Origin: Vitrella brassicaformis CCMP3155
Taxonomy: Eukaryota > Protista > Chromerida
DNA length: 52,864 nucleotides
Reading direction: 5' to 3'
NCBI GenBank assembly: GCA_001179505.1
Contig: CDMY01000552.1
Location: forward strand, 1-52,864
The stretch's first letter is position 1. Each line of letters begins with the position of its first letter. A program made the translations under genes and the position numbers. The notes under the pieces were generated by a model that was not told where the DNA came from, searched no databases, and saw only the letters and a program-made list of their open reading frames with translations. Below are positions 9,401 to 20,964 of this stretch, in pieces.

Positions 9401-12400
9401 TGCGTGTTGCGCACGTGTCGGGCTCCTGACAAGGTCCCCTCCTCTGTGACACCGGNNNNNNNNNNNNNNNNNNNNNNNNNNNNNNNNNNNNNNNNNNNNN
9501 NNNNNNNNNNNNNNNNNNNNNNNNNNNNNNNNNNNNNNNNNNNNNNNNNNNNNNNNNNNNNNNNNNNNNNNNNNNNNNNNNNNNNNNNNNNNNNNNNNNN
9601 NNNNNNNNNNNNNNNNNNNNNNNNNNNNNNNNNNNNNNNNNNNNNNNNNNNNNNNNNNNNNNNNNNNNNNNNNNNNNNNNNNNNNNNNNNNNNNNNNNNN
9701 NNNNNNNNNNNNNNNNNNNNNNNNNNNNNNNNNNNNNNNNNNNNNNNNNNNNNNNTGTGTCTGTCTGCAATGCGTGTTGCGCACCTGTCGGCCTCATGTT
9801 AAGGTCTCCTGATCTGCAGCATTCACACCCGTCCCTTCATCACCCTCCTGCGTTCCACCAACCACACCACCGCCAGCTGCTGCGGCTGGGGCGCCCACGC
9901 TCAGGTCCGTGTGAGCCAGCGGTGCCACGTGCAGCGGAAGGCCTGGCGAAGCATCGGGAGCCGTGTCTCGCGAAGCCTCACCCACAGCAGTCTCATTGCG
10001 ATCGCCGTCCCGACCAGCACCACGACCCTCACCGCCATTCGGCACCACCTGTGTCACTTGGCCCTCTCGCTCCCTCGCCTCGCCGATGAACCCCTCCTCT
10101 CCCACGTTATGGCGCCCCGCCAGCTGACCCGGGTTAACCGCTCGACCGCCACCTGGGTGGAAGTTGCGCTTGTCATGCATTATCAGCCCGGCCGGGCCTC
10201 GGTTAGGTACATTGAGATCACCGAAAGCCACCGGCTGTTTCTTGATGTGGTTGAGCAGTGAAGGGCGCTCTGTGGTCGCGCTGTCTGTCGTGGGGATGGT
10301 GTTTCGCGAGTGGTGGTCGGATATGATGGGGGCCTGCCGCTGGTTGTTGGTGTGAGAGTGGGGGTGGGCCCTGGCGTTGGACGCCAGGCATCCGCTGTTG
10401 CCCAGGTTCTGCCTGTCGAGTGAGAGGCTGGGGCGGTGGGCCGGGAAGGAGGAAGAAGACACAGTGAGAGTAGCTGCCGGCTGCTTGGGCTTGGGCGGCA
10501 CCACAGGGGCGCTGTTGTCGTTGACACCGGCAGGCAGGAAACCGGCTGCCTTCTGCAAAGTCGCTATCGTCTGCAAAATCATCTGGAAAAACGAAAGAGA
10601 GAGAGAGAGAGAGAGTAGGAGCAGAAACACACACTGGGCAGTTGTGTCTGTCTGCAATGCGTGTTGCGCACGTGTCTGGCTCCTGACAAGGTCCCCTCCT
10701 CTGTGACACCGGCTATCGTCCAGTGCAAAAACGCTATCGTCTGCAAAATCGCCTGAGAGAGGAAGAGAGAGAGAGAGAGAGTAGGAGAAGAAACACACAC
10801 TGGGCAGTTGTGTCTGTCTGCAATGCGTGTTGCGCACCTGTCGGCCTCNNNNNNNNNNNNNNNNNNNNNNNNNNNNNNNNNNNNNNNNNNNNNNNNNNNN
10901 NNNNNNNNNNNNNNNNNNNNNNNNNNNNNNNNNNNNNNNNNNNNNNNNNNNNNNNNNNNNNNNNNNNNNNNNNNNNNNNNNNNNNNNNNNNNNNNNNNNN
11001 NNNNNNNNNNNNNNNNNNNNNNNNNNNNNNNNNNNNNNNNNNNNNNNNNNNNNNNNNNNNNNNNNNNNNNNNNNNNNNNNNNNNNNNNNNNNNNNNNNNN
11101 NNNNNNNNNNNNNNNNNNNNNNNNNNNNNNNNNNNNNNNNNNNNNNNNCACCCGTCCCTTCATCGCCCTCCTGCGTTCCACCAACCACACCACCGCCAGC
11201 TGCTGCGGCTGGGGCGCCCACGCTCAGGTCCGTGTGAGCCAGCGATGCCACGTGCAGCGGAAGGCCTGGCGAAGCATCGGGAGCCGTGTCTCGCGCGGCC
11301 TCGCCTACAGCAGTCTCATTGCGATCGCCGTCCCGACCAGCACCACGACCCTCACCGCCATTCGGCACCACCTGTGTCACTTGGCCCTCTCGCTCCCTCG
11401 CCTCGCCGATGAACCCCTCCTCTCCCACGTTATGGCGCCCCGCCGGCTGACCCGGGTTAACCGCTCGACCGCCACCTGGGTGGAAGTTGCGCTTGTCATG
11501 CATCATCAGCCCGGCCGGGCCTCGGTTAAGTACATTGAGATCACCGAAAGCCACCGGCTGTTTCTTGATGTGGTTGAGCAGTGAAGGGCGCTCCGGGAGA
11601 GCAGCCAGCTCTCCGTCAGGTGGCGGCGGGAATGTGGGAAGGACGGACGGTTCGGCGACGGGCAGGGCGGTGATGGCTGCCTCTTGTGGGACCTCCTGTG
11701 CCGAGAGGATCTGTGAGTCAGACTGTGACCTCATGGCGCGGCTGTGGTCGAGCTGCTCCTGGCACTGCACCTGCTCCAGCTTCACCTTGAGGTCATTCAC
11801 CAGCTCCTGGAGCTCCTTCTTTTCCTCCTTGAGCGTTTCATTCTTCATCCGCAGATCCTTATTCTCGTCGCTGAACCAAAGCAAGGGAAAGTGACACCGG
11901 GAGGGAACGAAGGCAAGGATGGGCTCAGGCGCGCAGGGTTGTGTTGGGCTGGTCATTCACTCACTGTAGTTCGATGCCTTTGTCGAAAAGGAAGACCGCC
12001 TCCCCTCTCTGGGACAGCCAGTCGCGCATGGGGATCTGCTTCACATCTCCGTTCAACTTTTCATTCAGCGTCTTTACGTCGGCCATGTTTTGGGCTGCAT
12101 GAATGGACACATACGAGACACAAAAGGGAGGAAAGATGGGTGGGGTAGGCAGACGCCAGGAGAGCGCTCGCACGTACGTGGTGTCTCGCCCGCCTCTCTC
12201 AGGAAATCGACCTCAGGAATGTCTACCAATTCTGCACAAAGAGAAAGAAGGATGCGTATGTGTGCGTCTGCGTGGCTATCTGTGTGGGGGCCCTGTGAAG
12301 GGACATACGTGTTCTCCCCCCCTCAAACCCCTCGAGCTCATCCGTATCGAAAAGATCCTCAGCTGCTTTACCGTACCGCTATAAGACACAGGAAAGGCAA

Positions 12401-13862
12401 GGCACAAGACACACACGCACACACCCAAAATACATGGCTGTGCTCTCGCCGGCCCGTGCAGGTGTGTGTGTACCTCTCCAAGGATGCGCTCGAATTCCTT
12501 GGAAGCCCTATAGCATTTGTCCAGCAGGGCCTCGAGCTGGGTGACACCGAGTTGGGCGTACAGCTGGTCCCAGTCGAGCAGGTGACGGCACCGCGCCTTC
12601 TCCTCAAGGGTGATCGCTGCCGCTTCGTCTTCCTCCCCCTCCAGCCCACCGTCATCTCCCCCCTCGTGCTGATCCTCCTCGTCTATCATCTCCTCCTGCA
12701 CTCCGTGCTGATCCTCCTCGTCTATCGTCTGATCCTCGTGCTGATCCTCCTCGTCTTTCGTCTCCTCCTCCACCCCGTTCGTCATCCCAACACCATGACC
12801 GTTGTCAGCCCGATCGTGGCCCACGGTATCGTTGGTCATCCGAGCCTCCCCGCGCCCCTCTTGCCCATCCTCTGGACCCACCCCCTCTCCATCACCCTCT
12901 CCCTCTCCGTCTCCGTCCATCCCGCTCTCACCATCACCCTCGCTGTGGCCATTCACCATCTCCTCCTGGGCGTTGGCATCGGCGTGTTGCCGCCTGGCGG
13001 CCTCCCGCTTGGCGGCCTCCCGCTTGGCGGCTTCCTGCCTGGCGATATTCCGCTTTTCTGACTCGGTGAGGGGGAAGTCGTCCATGAAGTCTGGGTCCCG
13101 GAGCCTGTGGAGCATGCTGAGAAAATTCCACCCAGAGGGAGGTGGCGGGACGGGTGGGCATGGCACACGAGGGCATAGCACACGAGGGCCAGGCGATGGT
13201 GTCTCGGTTGTCGGTGCGATGGTGCTGGCGGGGTCCGCGCCCTCGAGGTGCTGGGCCAGCTTGTCTTCGGGCATAGGGAATCCATGGTTGATGAGTTCGT
13301 TCAAAATGCGGAAACGAAGAGGGTCTCCGAACATGCGCAGATGACTGATGAGCTGGCACCACATGTGCTCACGGTGCCGGTCGTTAACCTGCAGCAAAGT
13401 GCATGACAAAGACGAGTCCGTCAAGGGCATGTGGCGTCGATGCGGCCATGGAAGCTTACACGTCGAATGCTCTGCGTCACCGCCAACATGGATCGGACCC
13501 GACGTCGAATGTGGGCTGTCTGCAGCGAGAATACCAGTGCAAATGAGGGCCTCTGCCGACGTTCCTCCTTTCCTTTCGCCAGCCTCACCCATATCTTCAT
13601 GTCCTGCAACATTTTCCTCTCGCGCTCGGGCAATTCCAGCAAACGAACCTGTGATATGCATCGAATCGGATGGGCTCTTTCTCTGTCTCCCTCCCCCTCC
13701 CTCCTGCGCTGCTAATGCGTGTCTTACTGGCTTGGTCCTCTCCAAATCGTTGTCTTCAGACCCTTGGCCTTGATCCGGCTCACGCCTTGCTTCACGCCGA
13801 CGGGCCGGGCCCGGGGTAGGTTCTAGGTCCACGGGTCTGCGCTCGTTGATGGTGTCCATCAT
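6435..13862 (-). CDS. Large multi-exon hypothetical protein: possible winged-helix motif, acidic repeats, coiled coil, then tandem exon modules; in-frame stop at 9794 in one module copy
   Basis: In-frame splice chain: ...ERILGE|RYGKAAEDLFDTDELEGFEGGRT|QLVDIPEVDFLREAGETP|PQNMADVKTLNEK...GIEL|HDENKDLRMKNETLKEEKKELQELV. This links the 12276-13931 ORF to the 9794-11956 and 6446-7891 ORFs. The 3' end is uncertain and three gaps interrupt it. Confidence 0.6.
8556..8855. other. Assembly gap (300 N); others at 9456-9755, 10849-11148, 31524-31823, 36058-36357
   Basis: All five are exactly 300 N. The flanks of 10849-11148 lie only about 30 bp apart in another repeat copy, so the sizes are placeholders. 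The last two gaps abut poly-C or poly-G runs. Confidence 0.98.
8856..9455. repeat. Tandem array of 166-172 bp units (81-nt exon + intron); another unit near 10620-10848
   Basis: Units start at 8856, 9022, 9194 and 9366; length varies only with the (AG)n tract. On the minus strand each reads ctctctcag|AILQTIAFLHWTIAGVTEEGTLSGARH|gtgcgc. Confidence 0.95.
12660..13040 (-). repeat. Coding minisatellites: DEEDQH-type acidic repeats and three EAA(K/R)R helical repeats
   Basis: Recurrent gtgctgatcctcctcgtct motif at 12665-12760; 15-bp unit cggcctcccgcttgg twice plus a variant at about 13006-13050. Confidence 0.85.
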
Positions 13863-14221
13863 TACTGCGATGCGACAATCGTTGCAACGTTGACAGCAGA
13901 ATGTACAACCCCCAGAGTGTTTAGAGCGCATGCATGTGTTTAACGGTCGGTTTTTTGGCCAAGTTCAGTAGATTGTCTGTGGCCTCCGTCCCTATCTCCT
14001 AGGGTGCTCCCTGAAACCTCCCCTTCCAGCCCACGCTGCCCACACGGCAGCAACAATCCTGCATGCCTGCATGTACAGTACAATGCCACCATACACACGT
14101 CATGCCGCCGCTCTCAGTCCAGCTCTCCTCCTATGTGTGTATCAAGTATCAATCAACCACCGCCTATCCGTCCCGTCCGTCCCATCTTCGAAAGCGCAGC
14201 CACCAGCACAGCATACATGTA

Positions 14222-14261
14222 GGCATGGCATGGCATGCCATGCCATGGCATGCCATGGCAT
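14222..14261. repeat. Self-complementary GGCAT/ATGCC pentamer array
   Basis: ggcatggcatggcatgccatgccatggcatgccatggcat; 14227-14244 is a perfect 18-bp palindrome. Confidence 0.9.
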
Positions 14262-14666
14262 TGCACGACGACACGGCACGAGGCACGCCACCAGCTGGAC
14301 TGGAGGGACACTGACTCAACGACCGCCACACGCTCACTCACACACATGAATGAATGCCATTGCCGACACGAAAAAAAGAGGGCAGTGAAAGAATACGCAG
14401 TGACATGGGCGACGATACAAATACCGTGGCAGACAGACGAGACACGGACGGCCAGACAGACAGACAGGCAGACAGGCAGACAGGCAGACAGGCAGACAGG
14501 CAGACAGGCAGACAGGCAGGCATGTCGTGCGTGTCAACTGTCAGCCTTCGCACCAGCCCGCCATGCGAAACACACATTGTCAAACAAGTAGGCCGTACTT
14601 AGGACGGTCCAGCCGGGACAGGCAGCCCTCGCTGATGTGTATGAAGAGACATTCGAGAAGGCCCGG

Positions 14667-17148
14667 TCAGACAATGGGGTCAATCCAGTTGGGATCAACA
14701 GCAGTGGCCGAGTCCGGCTGTGTCGTGGCCGAGTCGGGGCTGCGGATGGGCATGTCGGGTATCAGAATGAAGACCAGTGGGATGGCGGTTGCAGGCAGAA
14801 TGATATGGGCCACCAGCACCAGATAGGTGAGATTGCGGAAGTTGCACGTGCTGTCGGCCTCGTTGCCCGTCTGGATGGCGAAGGCCTCGATCAGCCACAC
14901 ACCAAAGGCCCGGGAGGCATTCATGCCGAAGTTCATGAATGATTGCAGGACCGCGTATGACGTCGTGGCGCTGAGACAAAACGAGAGAAGAGACATCACC
15001 GAACAATGCCATCTTCTCCTGTTGATGTGACTTACGCGAGCGGCGATGTGAGCTTGGAAAGGAGCAGGATAGCAGGCATCAGATCCAACATTTGGGTCAG
15101 GTTCAGCAGCATCGCATCACCACTAAACGAGGCAGTCCATATGGAGGCCACACATACATGTCTCTATCCTTGGTTTGGCTCACAGGATGAATGCGGCCTT
15201 GTCGGGCAGGCCGATCTTCAAATTGACGCGCTCAATGATGATCAGATCCACACACGACACCATGATGCGCACTAAGGTCGTGATCCAAAACGCCGAGCGA
15301 AAGCGCCATTTGGTGATGACAGTCTGGAAGATGAGGAGCGCCAATGCTGACGCCAGCGCCCCCACCAGTTGCGAGACTGTCTGGTAGTAGGTGAAGTCGA
15401 AGTTAGGTCCATTCGGGACGCACGAGGGCCCCGCTGTGTACCAGAAGTCAATCGCTCCAGGAATTTGAACATACAGCGCGACTAACGAGACAAAAGCAGA
15501 TGCAGCAGGTATTGTGTCTCGTTTCTCATATCTTGTGTCTCCTCTGTCGCTCTCCGCTCTCTGACCAGACAAGAAAAAGTAGAGCTTGGATGCGGCCTGT
15601 GCCGAGCTGAGTAGGGCGAAGGCGATGACGCTGACGATGATCGCCACGATGGCCGAATAGATCAGCTGCACCATGGGAGACGAAAATGCACCTACAAGAG
15701 ACGAACAAACAGATCATGCAACACGCCTCGCCCATGGCCCATGGAAAGGTTTCCTCGTACCAACGATGGCCAGCCCCAGAGCAGCCACACCACTGATCGC
15801 CCCCATAAGAAAGGTCTTCCATTCGGCCCTCAACTTCGCCACCTGACGTGTCCAGCCATCCAGCGTGTCATGAGCTTGTGTGCTGATATGCAGACATACC
15901 TGTATGCGGCTGCCATGTGGCGGGGGTATTCTCTCTTCGGGCAGCCACCCCTTGAGGACAGGATAGACGGACTGCAGCGACATTGGCAGACACAGCCAAA
16001 ACACCAAATCCGGCCCTAAAAACATGAATTGGTGGCAGACAAAACACAGTGCCACAAGGCCCGCTGTTGCCATTCCTTTGAAGGTGACGTACCGACGTTG
16101 TCGCTGATCGGCCCGACCGATGCGCTTGCGATGATAACACCACACGTAGCGAGGCCCCACACATAGGTGACAATCTCAGGCCTGCGCAGCGACACGCATA
16201 GCCAGTGCGTCCATGCCTGTGTCTCCCTGTCTGTGTGTCACCCTTCACCCGTCCACTTACCCGTGGTCGGGTCTGAGTGCCATCATTTCGGTGTACTTGC
16301 CGTCAGTCAGCATGTCTTGCAGGGCACACTGAATCTGACTGAAGAAGAAAAACGCCCCCACCGCCCACACGTGACGCTTGGCGCCTGCAAACAGACAAAC
16401 ATACATACCGCAATATGAATGTTTGTTGGGAGGGACCACATGGTGGAGGCGCTTTGTGTTCCGCTTCCACTCACTGTCGTGCGACATGGTAGCGAGTCCG
16501 AGTAGGCCGATGACCCCAAAAATATTCGAGATGAACATGTACCACTTGCCGTGGTAGCCGCCTATGGGGAGGATGTCAGTCAAGGCACCGAACAGACCTG
16601 AACAAAGGAAGACACGTCGACTGCCGACTCTGCTGTGCCCCTTCCATCCTCCCTTTCTCTCTCTCGACTGGCTGACCCTTCATGGCCCACGGGGTCCAAC
16701 TTATGGTCATATTGGTCTGGTACTGCACTCCATCGAGCTTCAACTCTCTGAAGTAAGGCAGCTGCACCGTCTTGAGGTAGTGGTACATGACGCCTTTGAC
16801 CCCGAAATGGATGGACGCCAGAATCCTGCGAACCACACCAAGTCACGCCATCCCTCCCTCACCTTCGCTTCCCCCACAAGACCTCTCTCGTCGCTTCGCT
16901 TACCGCAGGAAGTCCCGTCCATACTGATCTTCAAGTTTTTGATAGAAGGACCTGCCCGGCGTCCCGAAGCTCCAGCCGTGCTTGAGTAGACGGAGTTTGC
17001 TGTCGCGCCGAGGGAGATGCGATGTGGCGGTGGTGTCGAAGGCCGGTGACGGGACCGAATCGGCTGACGGGAGCGGGGGAGTGCCACGCGGGGTGCCCAC
17101 CAGCTCGGGGTCAGGCGCACTGGGGCTCTCCGTCTCGTCTGACGACAT
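14667..17148 (-). CDS. Folate/biopterin transporter, BT1 family (MFS-like)
   Basis: Family-typical segments: TDILPIGGYHGKWYM, DMLTDGKYTEMM, FWYTAGPSCVPNGPNFDFTYYQTV, KWRFRSAFWITT, DLIIIERVNLKIGLPDKAAF, TTYAVLQSFMNFG, CNFRNLTYLVLV. Likely start MSSDETES at 17148. Confidence 0.9.
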
Positions 17149-17562
17149 TCTCTTTCGAGGAACGACCAGTGCTGTCGATTTACAAAGTGCCAGTGCGAGC
17201 TGAAAAAACGCGGAGATCTGTGGGAGCTGAGGTCCCGAGAGAGACACAGGAGGTGTGCCGGATACATAGCCACAAGTTAGTCCCGCTTGAAGCAAAGAAG
17301 CACAGACAGCCACTCAGACGTCAACGTGGAGCACTCCACTCCCCGTAGTCTCTCCCCGCCCCGCCCGTCCCTCTCAGCATATGAACACTATGAACTCCTA
17401 TCTATCTACAGAGCAATACCAGACAAAACATCCAGACATCCACCTGCCCATCTTGACAAACAAGACTCGGCGCACTGCAGTCTCCTTCAAAAACCAAAAC
17501 AAAACCACCAGCCCACCACACACACACAGGCACTGCACTGCACTGCACACGTGGTCTCACAA

Positions 17563-20500
17563 TCAGGCGCCCATCTGACTCCCCTCCAGCCCTTTCCCGT
17601 CGGCATCCTTGTGTTTCTCCGCTGCTTCTTTCTGCAGCTGTGCCAGTGGGGGCGGCGAGGGCACCTTGGCCAGGTCGTGGAGGAAATCCCTGCCGCTGAT
17701 GAGGTCCCAGGGGGTGTAGCCGAGCAGATGGGTCGCCACTATCATGCCCGAAAAGACGGCAGCTGCTCACACACACACAGAGCATTGAGTATTCTCATCT
17801 TGTGTATCTGCCCTGCCCCTCTGTGGTGTGGTGGGGGGTGGGCGAGTGCTCACCCATCCATCCACACCCGACGAGGTCCTGCCCGCTAAGGTAGAGGTTG
17901 CGAATGCCCGTGGCCACACGGGGGACCGGGCTGGCCGCCCTCTCGCACGTGTGTCGCAGCCCGTAGGTGCTGAAGCGCTTCAAAAAGTGGTGCATCGACA
18001 GTGGAGTCGACACCTCAATGCTGACGATCTTGTCTGTACGCAGTACACGGACAAAGACAGACAGACAGACAGACAGAGAGACAGAGTGGGTGTGGACGTG
18101 GCAGCGCAGGTGGTGCATCTTCGGTCTGTCTCACCTTGCAGGCTTGGGAAGTGTCTGGTCAGGGATCTCTTGAACTTGTCTTCCAGCTGCCTCTTCACGT
18201 CCTTGTAGGCCGCCGTCCGGCGGGTCGTGTCAGCCCCTCCAAGTGCTGCGATGCAACAGAAACGGACACAGCAAAGTGCGAAGGGATCGGTGGGTCTTTC
18301 TGGCTGCTGGGTCGCTGACCTTCATTCAGCTGTTCGAACATCTCTGGTGCGGCCTCCATGATGATCTCGCAGGTGGAAATGCCGGGATGGCGAGCCGCGT
18401 ACTTGGGGTCCTTGGCGGAGGGGAAGGCTGCATGGCACACACACACACACACACATGGATGGATGGATGGATGGATGGGTGATGTGCGCACGGATCGACA
18501 GTCAGCTGGCGGCACGCATGGCTTACAGATCAAGCACCACGCGTCACGGTCGGCGTCCAGCAGGGTATTGCCATACTTGGAAACGAGCACATCGAGACCC
18601 TGGCCCTACACGCAGGCAGACGAGACAAGCACATGAATGCCCCATCCACCACCCATCGCGCGACATACATCTCGTTGTTTTCTGTCTCAAGCTGCAGTAA
18701 GTACCTCTGTGGGGCCCTGAGGGAATTAGAACAGGTTGTTGGTGGGCAGCAGCAGCTCGTCCGAGTCGCCCCTCAGGGTGACGAATCCGATGACGTTCGA
18801 AATGCCCTCGCCCACGTCCTTGACCAGCTTCGCTTCGCTCGCCATGTAGCGGTCCACTTCCTCGCGCGACAACAAGTGGCCCTGAATGCACAGACACACA
18901 CACGCTGTTCTGTTCCACGTGTGTAGGGTCTTGTGTGTCGCGTGTTGGTCGGTCGGTACCTGCCAAGATGACAAACGTACCAGTGTGGCGGAGAGGCCGA
19001 CAGAGGAGATGACGCCCCGCCTGCTTCTCAACACATCCCCGCCAGACAGCTCCACGCCCTCAGCCACACCTAATTTATCACACACACGAATGAAAGCAGC
19101 GACATCCATACCGACCGATCCCATGCCCAGCCAGCCTTAGCCAGCCTTGTGTGTCGCGTGCGTCCTGCATTGCCTTGCCTGTCTACCTTTGTTGACTAGA
19201 ATCTTGTCCACCTTGGCCCTCACGAACACGCGGTTGCCGGCCTTGTGAATGGTCGATATGAGCGTCTCGACGAATCGGAGTGGGCCACCCACAGGGAAGT
19301 ACGCCCCGTGCAGGTAGTGCCTCGTGATATTGGCTTGGACGGTGAAGCTTGCTGTGTTTGGCGCCTCGCCGAAGTCCAGACACTGCCCGGCGAGAATGCC
19401 CTCCTCACGCAAATCGCCACCCAGCTCCTGCACCACCTGCACACACACACACAGAGAGAGATGCATGGATGGATGGATGGATGGAAGGGGCGTCCTGTGT
19501 AGCGCTGCGCACCTGTCGTGTCGTCTTTCTTGCCCACTTGAGGCCATCCCCGCCGAGCAGCAGCAGCCAGAACCACTGACAAGGACACAGACAGCACCAC
19601 AAGGGTCTCGTTCGATCATCCCTCCCCTCCCCAGGCGCACCCACCTACCTGCACGATGGGTGAGAATGCTTTGGAGATGGCGACCATCCCATTGCTCTTG
19701 GCGGCCCGATGCACCGTCTCCAGCCAATCAGACACTAGCTGGGGGCGCATGTGCCGAGTCATCTCACTCACGAACGCTTCCTTGCCCGCACGGAGCCTGC
19801 TCAACCACAACCACATCAACAACCACGACCACACCCATGCGCACACATCGACCCGCCCCGCCCCTCTCCCGTCATCACACCGTCATCGCACCCACCTGAT
19901 CTCCTGCTCTCCAAATTTGATGATGTCGTACAGCCCCTTGCCGGTGCCGTCCCTGGCCCTTGTGTCCTCATTCTCTCTGCCCATCTGCTGCCACGGGACG
20001 GGATGCTCGGCATCTCCGACCAGACGCATGAGCGAGTCTGCTAGCTGCTTGTCGCCGATGTAGTGGATGCCCGTGTCAAACGTAGCCCCTGATAGAGGCA
20101 GGACACACAACACAACACAACACAACACAACACGGCACAAGGACACGCAATGGATGGATGGATCGATGGATGGATGAATGGATGGATGGATGGATGAATG
20201 GATGGAGAGGTGAATGCGTGTGTGCGCGTGGGCGTACCTTTGTCAGTGAAGACATGGCAGCACCCTCCGGCGATGTAGTGCTGCTCCAGCACCACCACCC
20301 TGTACCCGCACTTGCTGAGGGCCGCCGCCAGCCACAGCCCACCCATCCCGCTGCCGATGATGATATAGTCAATGGGGTCTTTCGGCAGCCGGGCAGCCTT
20401 GTAGGCGTATCGCGTCATGTCCTCCGCATCGGGCGGCGGCGGCTGCCACTTGACCTTTCGGTAGCCTCTGGGTGCTCGGAGCGAGAGGTAGGACTTGATC

Positions 20501-20604
20501 ACGGCGGCAGACACTGCAATGGACGCTGCGCAGCCGCCGATGAGGAGCCATCGGTCTGAGGCCCAGACGGGCAGACTCACACCCAGGTTCAAGCCGAACG
20601 CCAT
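17563..20604 (-). CDS. RETSAT: All-trans-retinol 13,14-reductase-like FAD oxidoreductase (RETSAT / CrtISO-phytoene desaturase superfamily)
   Basis: An N-terminal hydrophobic anchor precedes [39 protein letters not shown]|..FDTGIHYIG. Later come [42 protein letters not shown] and [18 protein letters not shown]. The substrate is not established. Confidence 0.85.
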
Positions 20605-20964
20605 GCTGCTGACTCAGATGTGCTGGAGGGTGGTCGCTTCAGCTTGGCTTGATGAATCAGAGGTCCTTCATTCATCATTGGGACTTCAGTCCTTCGCCGG
20701 TCGGCGGTATACAGTGGGTCAGCCGACCCGGGCAGATCTCGCTGAAATGGAGTCGTGTTTGCTTCTGGCATCATGTTCCTCACATGGTGGGATGCTCCTC
20801 ATGGCGTTATTTGGCGCTCTTCCCCCTCGTTTCCGACTGCGAGCTCATGTGCCAGCTCGCACACGTGGAGGAAAAGTCGCCGTGCCCTCTACTCACCTTT
20901 CGGCTGCAGCAGACGGTGCATGCAGGTGTAGATCCAGAGCAGCCACCAAGTGATCACCGACGCG

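Larger units (their letters stand above)
7530..11590. repeat. Long direct repeat module of about 0.6-1 kb, at least 3 copies (about 7530-8555, 9756-10590, 11149-11590)
   Basis: Near-identical blocks encode ERPSLLNHIKKQPVAFGDLNV...GVNAADQETLTRGRQ and SLDRQNLGNSGCLASNARAHPHSH on the minus strand. Confidence 0.95.

Noticed and set aside
8856-9455. CRISPR-like regular array
   Set aside because: Units are about 170 bp and near-identical throughout, with no unique spacers; they parse as exon+intron cassettes, the context is eukaryotic, and there are no cas genes.
7816-11956. Very long ORFs in the supplied track (430, 313, 720 aa and others)
   Set aside because: They run through N gaps and introns; only the spliced exon portions are credible.
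17563-20604. Bacterial-type phytoene desaturase CrtI
   Set aside because: The N-terminal membrane anchor and the motifs [23 protein letters not shown] and LYLSGQD fit the RETSAT branch better; there is no clear plastid-targeting leader. A phylogeny would be decisive.
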